Shown here: one piece after another, positions 39,973-49,408 of the stretch
How the letters are laid out: each line of letters opens with the position of its first letter
Position numbering within the stretch: position 1 is the first letter of the stretch
Assembly: GCA_050250255.1 (NCBI GenBank)
Contig: JBFWOZ010000004.1
Coordinates: 32,001-96,000 of the forward strand
DNA from: Bdellovibrionales bacterium
Lineage (GTDB): Bacteria > Bdellovibrionota > Bdellovibrionia > Bdellovibrionales > DASUEL01
DNA: 64,000 nt
Direction: 5' to 3'
Notes under the pieces: model-generated
Seen by the model: the letters and a program-made list of their open reading frames with translations, nothing else
What the model was told of the DNA's origin: nothing
The model's database searches: none
Program-made: the position numbers and the translations under genes

Positions 39973-40199
39973 GCCCCTTTAGTAACAGTCTCAAGTCTTT
40001 TTGGGAGCAGTTATTTTGACCTTGATCCATAGCATCAAGTATATAATTTACCTGAATTAACTAGGGTGCTCCTGGAGCATGGACTTTTACTCTCCATAGT
40101 TTACTGCTATTTTATTCATTCATGCATTGAGCCTCAAAAACCAATGACATGCGTGCTGCACGTTTAAGATTGTTTTTACTTTAAAGAAGGACTTGATCC

Positions 40200-40994
40200 A
40201 TGGGACAGGTACCAGTGAACAAAAACTCTTTTTCTTTTACTCCCTCTTACGGAATTATTGGCGACGGTCGAATGGCCCAACACATGGCCCATTACTTTCG
40301 CTTACGAGAAATCCCATTTAAATTATGGTCCCGCAAACTGTCTCAAGTTTCGCCTCATGAAGAACTTTTTGAGCAGGATATTCTTTTAGTTCTTCTTCGC
40401 GACAGTGCGATTGAAAATTTCATCGAACAAAATCCTGAGCTGCAAAAAAAGACTCTCATTCATTTCTCGGGAAGTCTGGTTGCCGAAAAAGCTTACGGTA
40501 TGCATCCGCTCATGACTTTTGGAAATGAACTCTATGACCTGGAGACCTACGAACGCATTCCGTTCGTGCTCGAAAAGGGACGTCAAAATTTTTCTGAATA
40601 CCAATTTCAACAACTTTTTCCACGACTGAAAAATCCCCACTTTGAAATCTTGGCTTCACAAAAGCCGCTCTACCACGCTCTCTGTGTGATGGGTCAGAAT
40701 TTTACCAACCTTCTATGGCAAAAGTTTTTCAAATCCATGAACGCCGAGTTTTTACTTCCTGAAGAAGCCCTAAAGCCTATCTTAGAACAAACGTTTATTA
40801 ATCTTTTAAAAGATCCTTACAAAAATCTCACAGGCCCCATTGCACGTGGAGATACAAAAACGATTAAGGCCAACCTCGAAGCACTTCGTGATGATCCTTA
40901 TTACGATGTCTATGAAGCGTTCCTCGCTGCCTGGACCAAAGAACAAAAAAAATCTCCACCCACTTACGTTTTTCAAAAGGAGATCTCACAATGA
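40200..40994 (+). CDS. panG: DUF2520 Rossmann-fold protein, probable PanG-type ketopantoate reductase
   Basis: IIGDGR, H.SG, HPLMTF, YHA, LTGPIARGD. First gene of the pan operon, which has no panE. Confidence 0.7.
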   Translation: MGQVPVNKNSFSFTPSYGIIGDGRMAQHMAHYFRLREIPFKLWSRKLSQVSPHEELFEQDILLVLLRDSAIENFIEQNPELQKKTLIHFSGSLVAEKAYGMHPLMTFGNELYDLETYERIPFVLEKGRQNFSEYQFQQLFPRLKNPHFEILASQKPLYHALCVMGQNFTNLLWQKFFKSMNAEFLLPEEALKPILEQTFINLLKDPYKNLTGPIARGDTKTIKANLEALRDDPYYDVYEAFLAAWTKEQKKSPPTYVFQKEISQ

Positions 40995-41779
40995 ACGTCT
41001 TAGATTTTCTCCAGTATAAAAAAATAAATAAAAAAATATCGATGGTCACTTCCTACGAAGCCTGGTCTGCAAAAATTATCGAAGCCTCCCCCATCGATTG
41101 CATTTTAGTGGGCGACAGCGTCGCGATGGTCGTTCACGGCTTCGACTCGACTTTACATGCGACTCCCGAAATGATCGCAACTCATGTAGCCGCGGTCCGA
41201 AGAGGAGCTCCTAAAAAATTCATCGTGGCCGACATGCCCTTTCCTTGGTTTCGAAAAGGAATTCCTGAAGCCATGAATTGTGTCGATCTCTTCATGAAGG
41301 CTGGTGCCAATTGCGTAAAAATCGAAGGCGTTATTGGACATGAAGATGTGATTCAAAATATCGTTCAGTCGGGCGTACCTGTGATGGGCCACTTAGGACT
41401 CACGCCTCAAAGCATTCATGCTTTGGGTGGATTTAAAGTGCAGGGCCGCAGTGACGAAGCCGCACGCTCCATTATTGAGCAAGCGATTAAACTCGAAGAC
41501 CTCGGTGCTTTTTCCGTCGTACTTGAGTGCGTGCCACAAATGGTTTCTAAAACCATCACTAAATCTCTTGAAATTCCTACGATTGGAATTGGTGCCGGTA
41601 TCCACGTGGATGGCCAGGTGCTCGTTCTCCAGGATCTTCTCGGCCTCAATGGAGAGTTTCATCCAAAATTTTTAAAAAAATATCTCAATGGTTCTGAAGC
41701 CGTAATTAAATCCCTCGCAAACTACGACACAGAGGTTAAGGGCTCTCTCTTTCCGACGGAAAAGGAAAGTTATGTCTAA
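40991..41779 (+). CDS. panB: 3-methyl-2-oxobutanoate hydroxymethyltransferase
   Basis: LVGDS, ADMPF, VKIEG, GHLGLTPQ, IGIGAG, DGQVLV. Confidence 0.95.
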   Translation: MNVLDFLQYKKINKKISMVTSYEAWSAKIIEASPIDCILVGDSVAMVVHGFDSTLHATPEMIATHVAAVRRGAPKKFIVADMPFPWFRKGIPEAMNCVDLFMKAGANCVKIEGVIGHEDVIQNIVQSGVPVMGHLGLTPQSIHALGGFKVQGRSDEAARSIIEQAIKLEDLGAFSVVLECVPQMVSKTITKSLEIPTIGIGAGIHVDGQVLVLQDLLGLNGEFHPKFLKKYLNGSEAVIKSLANYDTEVKGSLFPTEKESYV

Positions 41780-42548
41780 TCCCCTTCTTCGTCTTGTGGA
41801 ATCTGTTTCTGAAATGCGTGAACTCTCGGCTCTTTATCGAGCAGAACAGTTAAGTATTGGTTTTGTTCCTACCATGGGTGCTCTTCACGAAGGTCATCTT
41901 TCTCTTTTAAAGAAAAGCTTAAAGGAAACCGACGTCACGATTTGTAGCATCTATGTGAACCCCACCCAGTTTAACGATAAAAAAGATTTTGAAAACTACC
42001 CGATCACTCTCCCTGAAGATCTTGAAAAATTAAAATCTCTCGGGGTGCAGATTGCGTTTTGTCCTTCCTACCAAGATATGTATCCAGATGGTTATAAATA
42101 TCGCGTGAGCGAATCAGATCTTAGCCAAATTCTCTGCGGCGAACATCGTCCCGGACACTTTGATGGGGTTCTCACTGTAGTCATGAAGCTTTTTAATATT
42201 ACTCAGCCACATAAAGCTTACTTCGGTGAAAAAGATTACCAACAGCTTTTGCTTATTAAAAAAATGGCGAAAAGCTTTTTCATGAATGTGGAAGTCATCG
42301 CTTGTCCCACACTTCGTGAAGAGGATGGACTCGCTATGAGTTCAAGAAATCGCCTTCTTCCCTCGGAGGATCGACGTCTCGCTCCTCAATTTTCGAAACT
42401 TTTAAAGTCTTCTCAATCTACAGAGAAAATTTCATCCGAATTAGAAAAACTAGGTTTTAAAGTAGATTACATCCAAGAGGTTTTGGGCCACCGCTTTGGA
42501 GCAGTCCGACTAGGCCAGGTGAGGTTGATTGATAATGTCCAAATCTAA
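41772..42548 (+). CDS. panC: Pantoate--beta-alanine ligase
   Basis: PTMGALHEGH, SIYVNPTQF, RPGHFDGV, FGEKDYQQ, LAMSSRN, RLIDN. Confidence 0.95.
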   Translation: MSNPLLRLVESVSEMRELSALYRAEQLSIGFVPTMGALHEGHLSLLKKSLKETDVTICSIYVNPTQFNDKKDFENYPITLPEDLEKLKSLGVQIAFCPSYQDMYPDGYKYRVSESDLSQILCGEHRPGHFDGVLTVVMKLFNITQPHKAYFGEKDYQQLLLIKKMAKSFFMNVEVIACPTLREEDGLAMSSRNRLLPSEDRRLAPQFSKLLKSSQSTEKISSELEKLGFKVDYIQEVLGHRFGAVRLGQVRLIDNVQI

Positions 42549-43134
42549 ACCCACCCGCATTCTTTTCGCACTGACTGGTTCCATCGCTTGCTTTAAAGCC
42601 TGCACACTCGTTTCGCGTCTCGTACAAAATGGGTTTGAGGTTCAATGTGCGGTTACGGATTCGGCTCTCCAATTTGTAGGCGAAGCCACTCTCGAAGGCC
42701 TCACCGGAAATCCTATCTTTAAAAACGTCTACGAAAATAGCCGCATGATGGATCATATCCATCTCAGCAAGTGGGCTGATGCGATGATTGTATGTCCAGC
42801 CACAGCAAACATGATCAATAAATTGGCGACAGGGTTAGGAGACGATCCCGTTTCGACACTTGCCTTGGCACATGACTTTCAAAAACCCCTCTGGATTGTG
42901 CCAGCCATGAACCAAAATATGTTTTCTCATCCCGCAACCCAACAGTCTTTGAAAACTCTTAAATCTTGGGGCGCACGCGTGATCGATACCGACAACGGGC
43001 ACCAAGCTTGCGGAGACGTCGGGCCTGGCCGAATGAAAGAACCCGAACAAATATACTCTTTAATTATGCAGTGGAACTTAATGAAAAGTGGGAGCGGCCC
43101 TTCACCGCTTGTCACCAGTGAGGTAGAAGTATGA
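42535..43134 (+). CDS. coaC: Phosphopantothenoylcysteine decarboxylase (stand-alone CoaC half)
   Basis: TGSIACFK, HIHL, PATAN, PAMN, ACGDVGPGRM. Confidence 0.88.
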   Translation: MSKSKPTRILFALTGSIACFKACTLVSRLVQNGFEVQCAVTDSALQFVGEATLEGLTGNPIFKNVYENSRMMDHIHLSKWADAMIVCPATANMINKLATGLGDDPVSTLALAHDFQKPLWIVPAMNQNMFSHPATQQSLKTLKSWGARVIDTDNGHQACGDVGPGRMKEPEQIYSLIMQWNLMKSGSGPSPLVTSEVEV

Positions 43135-43796
43135 AGATTTTAATAACGTCTGGGGCTACTCGAGAGCCGATCGATCAAGTACGATTTATTACGAATATGA
43201 GTACCGGCAAAACCGGGGCTAGCCTGGCAGAGAAATTAGCTCGCCAAGGTCACAAGGTGACTTATCTTCATGGACAAGGTGCACACATCCCAGATGGTGC
43301 TGCCGAAACTGTCGAATACAGCACTTTTTCTGATTTAGATCAGAAGCTACAATCTCTCCTTTCAAAAACAACTTTTGATCTAGTTTTGCATGCTGCAGCT
43401 GTCAGCGATTTTTCTGTGGCTTCCGTTCGTAGCAGTAAATCGAACATTGAATTGGATGCTCATTCCAAGATCAATTCAGCTGAAAAGCTTCAGGTTGAAC
43501 TGAAGCCTAATTTTAAAATTCTCAATCAAATTAAAGACTATTCCCAAGAACGTCACCCTCTCGTTATAGGATTTAAATTAACTTTCACTGAATCCGAAGG
43601 CGAACAACAAGAAGCCATCAAGCGGCTTTTTGATGGTGGTAGTGTCGACTACGTGATTCACAACGACTTAAAAGATATGAGAGAGAAAAATCGACATATT
43701 TTTAGAATTCACAATGAAAGTGAATTTTTAAGTGTTGCCGATTCCGTGGAGACTTTAGCCAACAAAATATCAGAAATTGCGGAGGCCCGTATATGA
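43131..43796 (+). CDS. coaB: Phosphopantothenate--cysteine ligase (stand-alone CoaB half)
   Basis: [36 protein letters not shown]. Confidence 0.88.
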   Translation: MKILITSGATREPIDQVRFITNMSTGKTGASLAEKLARQGHKVTYLHGQGAHIPDGAAETVEYSTFSDLDQKLQSLLSKTTFDLVLHAAAVSDFSVASVRSSKSNIELDAHSKINSAEKLQVELKPNFKILNQIKDYSQERHPLVIGFKLTFTESEGEQQEAIKRLFDGGSVDYVIHNDLKDMREKNRHIFRIHNESEFLSVADSVETLANKISEIAEARI

Positions 43797-44563
43797 TCAT
43801 GACTCTGGATGTAGGAAACAGCCAAATTTATGGTGGAGTATTCGTTAACGATAAAATGAAACTTCAGTTTCGAAAAACCTCAAAAATGGGTTCTTCCTCC
43901 GATGAGTTTGGACTCTTTTTAAGAAGCGTTTTAAGAGAAAACGACATCGATCCAAAGATGATCGTGCAGATTGCCTTTTGCTCGGTCGTGCCTGATATCG
44001 TCCACTCCTTAAGAAATGCCTGCAAAAAGTATTTCAATTTAAATCCCTTTATTCTTCAAGCTGGCGCCAAAACGGGTTTAAAAATTAAGTACCGTAATCC
44101 TGTAGAAGTAGGAGCTGATCGTATTGCAAATGCCATCGGAGCAGTAAACCTTTATCCAGGTAAAAACTTAATCATTATCGATTTCGGAACGGCGACCACT
44201 TTCTGCGCCATTACCGCCGAGAAAGATTACCTCGGTGGATTGATTGTACCGGGCTTGAGATTATCTATGGAAGCGCTTGAAGCACAGACGGCAAAACTCC
44301 CTGCCGTGGAAATCGTGCCCGCTGCCGAAATCATTGGCCGCTCTACAGTTGAAAGCATTCAATCGGGACTTTATTTTGGTCACTTAGCGATGGTAAGGGA
44401 CATCACCCAACGTATTAAAAAAGAGCATTTTGAAAATAAAAATACTGTCATTATCGGAACAGGCGGTTTCTCACGACTTTTTGAAAAAGAAAAAGTTTTT
44501 GACGATCTCAACCCTGATCTTGTTTTGACAGGACTGAAGCTTTCACTAAAGATGAACACCTGA
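43793..44563 (+). CDS. coaX: Type III pantothenate kinase
   Basis: LDVGNS, SVVP, GADR, DFGTATT, GG.I.PG, TGG. Confidence 0.93.
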   Translation: MIMTLDVGNSQIYGGVFVNDKMKLQFRKTSKMGSSSDEFGLFLRSVLRENDIDPKMIVQIAFCSVVPDIVHSLRNACKKYFNLNPFILQAGAKTGLKIKYRNPVEVGADRIANAIGAVNLYPGKNLIIIDFGTATTFCAITAEKDYLGGLIVPGLRLSMEALEAQTAKLPAVEIVPAAEIIGRSTVESIQSGLYFGHLAMVRDITQRIKKEHFENKNTVIIGTGGFSRLFEKEKVFDDLNPDLVLTGLKLSLKMNT

Positions 44564-44570
44564 GGTTGAT

Positions 44571-44924
44571 ATGCAAATTACAATGTTGAAATCTAAAATA
44601 CATAGAGCCACTGTTACCGATGCGGATCTTAACTACGAAGGCTCTATTTCAGTTGACCCGGCACTCTTAGATGCCGCCAAACTGATTCCTTTCGAAAAAG
44701 TCGAAATTTATAACGTGAACAACGGTGAGCGATTCGCGACTTACGTTATTCTAGGCAAAAGGGGCGAAATTTGTCTTAACGGCGCTGCAGCTCGACTGGT
44801 TCACCGTGGCGACCTTGTGATTATCGCGGCCTTCGCGAGCTTCACACCTGAAGAAGCCATGAAGCACAAACCAACTCTTGTTTTCGTAAACGAAAAAAAT
44901 GAGATTAAAGATTGGAAGGGTTAA
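44571..44924 (+). CDS. panD: Aspartate 1-decarboxylase
   Basis: [15 protein letters not shown] cleavage site, NGERF.TY, NGAAAR. Confidence 0.95.
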   Translation: MQITMLKSKIHRATVTDADLNYEGSISVDPALLDAAKLIPFEKVEIYNVNNGERFATYVILGKRGEICLNGAAARLVHRGDLVIIAAFASFTPEEAMKHKPTLVFVNEKNEIKDWKG

Positions 44925-45056
44925 TACCATAACCAACTGGCTTAAAAGTTAACTGCTTTATTTTATAAATTATTTTTATTTACTGTAAACAACTTAGACA
45001 TCCCTTCTCCTCATTAATTTGATTAGAAGAAATTCGCCCGTGTAAACAATAAATGG

Positions 45057-45809
45057 TTGACATACAGCCCTGTAACATTTAAAAATATGTCACACATGGC
45101 CACAGAACCAATTAGCAATAACATCCAAACAGTTCATCTCAATAAAGATAGTTTAGATATTGATTATGTTTACGAGCTTTCTACGCTTCTGAACCAGTTT
45201 TGTGAGTTGATCAAAAAAAAGAACATTTATCTTATTCCTACTACAAGTGAGTTCAGTCTTTATCGAAAACTAAACCCAGAAAAACAACGCGCCATTTATG
45301 ATGGCTTCCTCGCATATTATACTGGCTGCCTAGGAGCTTTGAATTCTGGTGCCCATCTAGATGATGACAGAACATTAGCTTTGTGGGTTCTTAAAAGTCT
45401 TAATTGGCGCTTTCATCCAGACTTATTTGGTCATTTGACAAAAAATGATGTGATCGAAATATACAACAAAGATTCTGTCCAAATCTTTCGTACATTCAAT
45501 TTTTTCAATCTTATTAGCTACACACTTGAAGAAATACTTTGTTATGAATGGTGGGAGCTCTATCGACGACCCGAATTTATTCAAAAGGAATTAGTAACTC
45601 AAGGTACACGTATCTTAGAGAAAAAAGTCGAAGAAACTCTCTTTAATTTCGCTCCCAATCATGAAGTAGAAGAAATCTTCTCCGTTAAAAGAAACATTGC
45701 TGAGATTTCTGAAAAGCTTGTTTCTCCACCCTACTTACCGTCGGGACAAATTACTGGATTTATACACGCATTTGAAATCGTAAACGTACGTCCCGCTCAT
45801 CCTAATTAA
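45057..45809 (+). CDS. Hypothetical protein with PAS-like C-terminal domain
   Basis: VIEIYNKD..QI...N.F..ISYTLEEI....W.ELY resembles the PAS core, and P....GQITGFI resembles the PAC strand. Start may be 45087 or 45096. Confidence 0.55.
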   Translation: MTYSPVTFKNMSHMATEPISNNIQTVHLNKDSLDIDYVYELSTLLNQFCELIKKKNIYLIPTTSEFSLYRKLNPEKQRAIYDGFLAYYTGCLGALNSGAHLDDDRTLALWVLKSLNWRFHPDLFGHLTKNDVIEIYNKDSVQIFRTFNFFNLISYTLEEILCYEWWELYRRPEFIQKELVTQGTRILEKKVEETLFNFAPNHEVEEIFSVKRNIAEISEKLVSPPYLPSGQITGFIHAFEIVNVRPAHPN

Positions 45810-45819
45810 GAGGTCCAAA

Positions 45820-46122
45820 ATGGCAAAAAAAACTGGTGCATCTACAGAACTATCTAATTACCTTTCAGACAAACGCGAGAAATCTAACCTTTCCCAGCTA
45901 GACTTAGGTACACAGCTTGGATTTACATCTGCTCAGTTTGTATCCAATTGGGAGCGCGGCATCTCTCTCCCTTCACCATCTTGCTTACCTAAACTTGTCA
46001 GCCTTTTAAAGCTGGATAAACGAAAATTGATCTCTTTAATTCTCAAGCATCAAGAGGAAGTATTTTTGGCCAAATTTAAAGAGGCCGAAAAGACTCCTAA
46101 AAACACTAAGCGACTTGCTTAA
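45820..46122 (+). CDS. XRE-family helix-turn-helix regulator
   Basis: R....LSQ.DL...LG....FVSNWERG...P. GAGG SD. Confidence 0.88.
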   Translation: MAKKTGASTELSNYLSDKREKSNLSQLDLGTQLGFTSAQFVSNWERGISLPSPSCLPKLVSLLKLDKRKLISLILKHQEEVFLAKFKEAEKTPKNTKRLA

Positions 46123-46765
46123 GCTGACCCTTAAGAGCCTGCTGTTTCAATCTCGTCAATAATGACTCATAAAGGGAACAGCTAAGCTCTAAGTTGGCAA
46201 CAATCTGTTGGGTCTCTTCCCAGCCTATATTTTTGAGAATTTCAAACGCATGAGTAAAGTGAGCAACATCCACTTCGGCATGCAGATCTAAAAACGTGGT
46301 GCAATTTTTAGCTTTTAAATGTTTATTTACTGCCTTTGAAATATCCCCCGCTTTTTTTACTGCGAGTCCTTCAAAACAAAAAGAGTACCCGAAGTGAGCA
46401 AAGGGATGAAGATAATCAATAGCGTAATATTGAGAACGAACAATGGCTTGAGTTTCAGGTAATTCAGGAAAATCTGTCGTCTCATAACCAATATTCTTTA
46501 AGTCGTCAGCTGCCATTCGATCATGACCTTTTTCTTCTCGAAAATGATTTACTAGATCGTAGTGAATATCGTTTCGCTCAAACGGCATGCGCGCCGATGT
46601 CAAAGCAATGAAACGAGTGGTATGCTTTACTAGATGGAATGTTTGCACGAGCCACGCTGCATAAGCTTCCTTGAGATGCCATGGAAATTCATCGCAAGAT
46701 TTCATGAGCTGAGACAAGTTTTTCTCATAAATCTTCTTCCACTCTTCAGAAGAAAAAGTTTTCAT
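46106..46765 (-). CDS. Heme-oxygenase-like diiron enzyme (CADD/PqqC-like fold)
   Basis: EEKGH, FEG and HAEVDVAH (H-x3-D-x2-H) ligand set. AGGAGGT SD before the ATG at 46765. Confidence 0.75.
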   Translation of the reverse strand: MKTFSSEEWKKIYEKNLSQLMKSCDEFPWHLKEAYAAWLVQTFHLVKHTTRFIALTSARMPFERNDIHYDLVNHFREEKGHDRMAADDLKNIGYETTDFPELPETQAIVRSQYYAIDYLHPFAHFGYSFCFEGLAVKKAGDISKAVNKHLKAKNCTTFLDLHAEVDVAHFTHAFEILKNIGWEETQQIVANLELSCSLYESLLTRLKQQALKGQLKQVA

Positions 46766-46776
46766 AATCAACCTCC

Positions 46777-47466
46777 TTAGGCTGCTTTTTTTTCGTATAT
46801 TCTTTGATCCATCATACTTATTCGTCCGCTCCATAACATTTTGACCATGCGATTTAAATTTTCGTCAGGGTGCCATTTAATTTGGTTTTTAGAACAAGCG
46901 ATAAGTTGACAAGGAGTATTGTGTTTTACAATTCCTGTTTGAACAGCGTAATAACCCCAGCGATATGCCATTTCATGGATTTTTACGTCCTCTCTTACTA
47001 TAGCTACAGCCGCATCTACATCTAGACTTCTAAAGAGCTGTATCTGCAGACCAACAATCACCTCAGCTATGGAGATTTTCGTAGACCTGGCAATTTTTCT
47101 CCATGATGGAGCAACCGTCAGATACTCTGCAGAAACACAGCTTGTGACTCCACGGGCACGAAGGCTTTCAATATATTGTTGATTAAATGACGATTGGAAA
47201 TAAGGGTGCTCTGTCGCCGAGTCCTGCTCAAGATGAAACAATGTAGAGCTATATAACCCCACAATCTCCTGATCATGAGTTAAAATACCTATGTAATTTT
47301 GCCTGAAAAAATCCTCGATTTTTATAATCGATTGTGCACCGTTGTCTTTATAAACTTTCTGCCAAAAACTTTTCCAATAATGAAATGTTTCATTGTGGAG
47401 CGCCATATCTACGTCATAATTAGTACAATTACCAGGTAGTATGTAATGCTTTAAATTCATGCTCAC
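46777..47466 (-). CDS. GNAT-fold acyltransferase, LuxI/FeeM-like
   Basis: D.F, IVG, AEYLTVAPSWRK (motif A-like), later WG. Remote resemblance only. Confidence 0.5.
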   Translation of the reverse strand: MSMNLKHYILPGNCTNYDVDMALHNETFHYWKSFWQKVYKDNGAQSIIKIEDFFRQNYIGILTHDQEIVGLYSSTLFHLEQDSATEHPYFQSSFNQQYIESLRARGVTSCVSAEYLTVAPSWRKIARSTKISIAEVIVGLQIQLFRSLDVDAAVAIVREDVKIHEMAYRWGYYAVQTGIVKHNTPCQLIACSKNQIKWHPDENLNRMVKMLWSGRISMMDQRIYEKKAA

Positions 47467-47610
47467 GCTCTCATATAGATAAATAAACTATATTTAGTTG
47501 ATCGACAGACCTGCCAATTACTTAATAAGCCTAAAACAATTATTTTTTAGATGCGCTGCTTACAGCACAGCCCTTGGTCCCCTTTATTAAAGGCATAGAA
47601 ATGGCGAAAA

Positions 47611-48711
47611 ATGAGCATGTTAAAGCGTAAAATATATGAGATTTTAGACCGTGGACTCAGCAAAGCTGTCTTAAATTTAGAAAAAATGCGTTGGCACTTA
47701 GGCACTCCATCGCCGATCGTGGAGGCAGTTAGTAACCGAGCCATTGTGTCTAGAGCCATTTTTACTCTCGTAAAGCTCAAGATTGCTGATCAGCTTCTTA
47801 TTAAAAATCAAACCTCTTATCAGCTAGCGAATACACTTAATTTTAATACCGAGAGCTTAGACAGATTTCTACAATTCCTAACAACCTACGGAGTTCTTCG
47901 ACGTCATAAGGATGAGACTTTTAGTCTCACACCAACGGCCCGTCTTTTTCTCACTACGTCTTCGCCGAATAGTCTTACAAACTGGGTGGAGTACGCTGGG
48001 TCAAATTGGCTTTGGGAGTCTTGCTCTGAACTCACAAAATGCATACAACAAGGGAAATCTTCATTTCAAACTCGTTTTCAAAAGGAATATTTTCAATGGC
48101 TAGAAGAAAATCCGGAAGCGAGCCAAATTTTTAATCGGGCTATGCAAAGCCGTACGCGAAGTCTTAATATGGCAATTTTAGGTCACTACGATTTTTCTTC
48201 GTACAAAAATGTCGTGGATATTGCTGGTGGACACGGTGGATTTTTGTGTGCTGTTTTAGAAAAATATAAAGAAGCGAAAGGTGTTCTCTTTGACCAAAAG
48301 CACGTCATTGGAGAAATGGCGAAAGATGCCAAGTTAGAATCCATAAAATCTCGTATTCAATGTGTGGGTGGTGATATTCTCTCTTCCATCGACGCTCAAG
48401 GTGATCTTTTTGTTCTACGGCATATCCTACACAATTGGAGCGACGAAGACGTAAGTCGAATTCTGAAAAATTGTCGCGTGGCTATGGGATCCCAAGGTCG
48501 CCTACTGATTATAGAAATGCTCACCGGCGAAAAACATGATCATTTTGCACGCAGTATGGATATGGTAATGCTACTTCTCTTCGGTCCAGCCAAAGAAAGA
48601 TCTTCTCGTGAATTTGAACAGATTTTGGAAACTGCAGGTTTAAAATTAAATCGAGTGATCGAAACTGGCAGTCCGATGAGCATTCTGGAAGTTGTTCCTA
48701 AAGCCGCTTAA
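47611..48711 (+). CDS. Small-molecule O-methyltransferase with N-terminal dimerisation domain
   Basis: LKIAD.L, F.LT, FNRAM, VDIAGGHG, GD, ILHNWSD, KERS..EF..IL..AG. Confidence 0.9.
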   Translation: MSMLKRKIYEILDRGLSKAVLNLEKMRWHLGTPSPIVEAVSNRAIVSRAIFTLVKLKIADQLLIKNQTSYQLANTLNFNTESLDRFLQFLTTYGVLRRHKDETFSLTPTARLFLTTSSPNSLTNWVEYAGSNWLWESCSELTKCIQQGKSSFQTRFQKEYFQWLEENPEASQIFNRAMQSRTRSLNMAILGHYDFSSYKNVVDIAGGHGGFLCAVLEKYKEAKGVLFDQKHVIGEMAKDAKLESIKSRIQCVGGDILSSIDAQGDLFVLRHILHNWSDEDVSRILKNCRVAMGSQGRLLIIEMLTGEKHDHFARSMDMVMLLLFGPAKERSSREFEQILETAGLKLNRVIETGSPMSILEVVPKAA

Positions 48712-49355
48712 GAAACGATGTAAACATCAAATCGTGAGAGCTTTCCTTCCTGAGAATGGCGCGGTTTCGAAAGTTTTGGCGCCCACAGAGGCCTTTTTAA
48801 AACTACTCGCTTTTTTGATTTTTCAAGAGCGAGTGTTAAAAGCTGAGTCGTATCTTCGTCGGTTTGCTCGAAAGTTTTTTCATCCACATGAAGGAGCTCA
48901 CGAAGAACCTGCATTTCCTTTTTGGGAAGTGCAGAGGATTCTCGCTGTGGGTACATAGGATCTAAGTAAATGGCGTCAAACTTCTTCTCTTTGAGTTTTT
49001 GCAGAAACTCAAAGCTGTTCTCATTCAGATGTTCCAAAAATTTCAAGGCTTCCACTTTTCCATTCGATCTTGCAATCGCATCTTGTACGAGAAGAAAAAG
49101 AGATTTGTTTTGCTCTAAAGCGGTCACGTGATGACCTTTTAAAGCCATGAGAAATGCATCTTTTGCTAGACCCGCTGTTGCATCTAACACGAATGGAGAG
49201 TCTTTGAGCGAGCCTAGAGCCTTGAGAAGAGGTTGCTTTGAAAGCGGTTGCATCTTCAGTTTTCTCAATTGAAGTTCAAAATCCAAACGAATGCCCTCTA
49301 GCTCAAGGCCTTCATCTGTTTTGCGCAGCTTTAATTCTTCTTTTCTCTCACTCAT
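48708..49355 (-). CDS. rsmJ: 16S rRNA m2G1516 methyltransferase-like
   Basis: DATAGLAKDAF, YLDPMYP, SALPKKEM, RVVLKRP, RFDVY. Confidence 0.85.
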   Translation of the reverse strand: MSERKEELKLRKTDEGLELEGIRLDFELQLRKLKMQPLSKQPLLKALGSLKDSPFVLDATAGLAKDAFLMALKGHHVTALEQNKSLFLLVQDAIARSNGKVEALKFLEHLNENSFEFLQKLKEKKFDAIYLDPMYPQRESSALPKKEMQVLRELLHVDEKTFEQTDEDTTQLLTLALEKSKKRVVLKRPLWAPKLSKPRHSQEGKLSRFDVYIVS

Positions 49356-49408
49356 GCTTGATATTTTATAGTGTCATAGAGTAGAAAGCTCAATCAAAGA
49401 GGTGTGTC

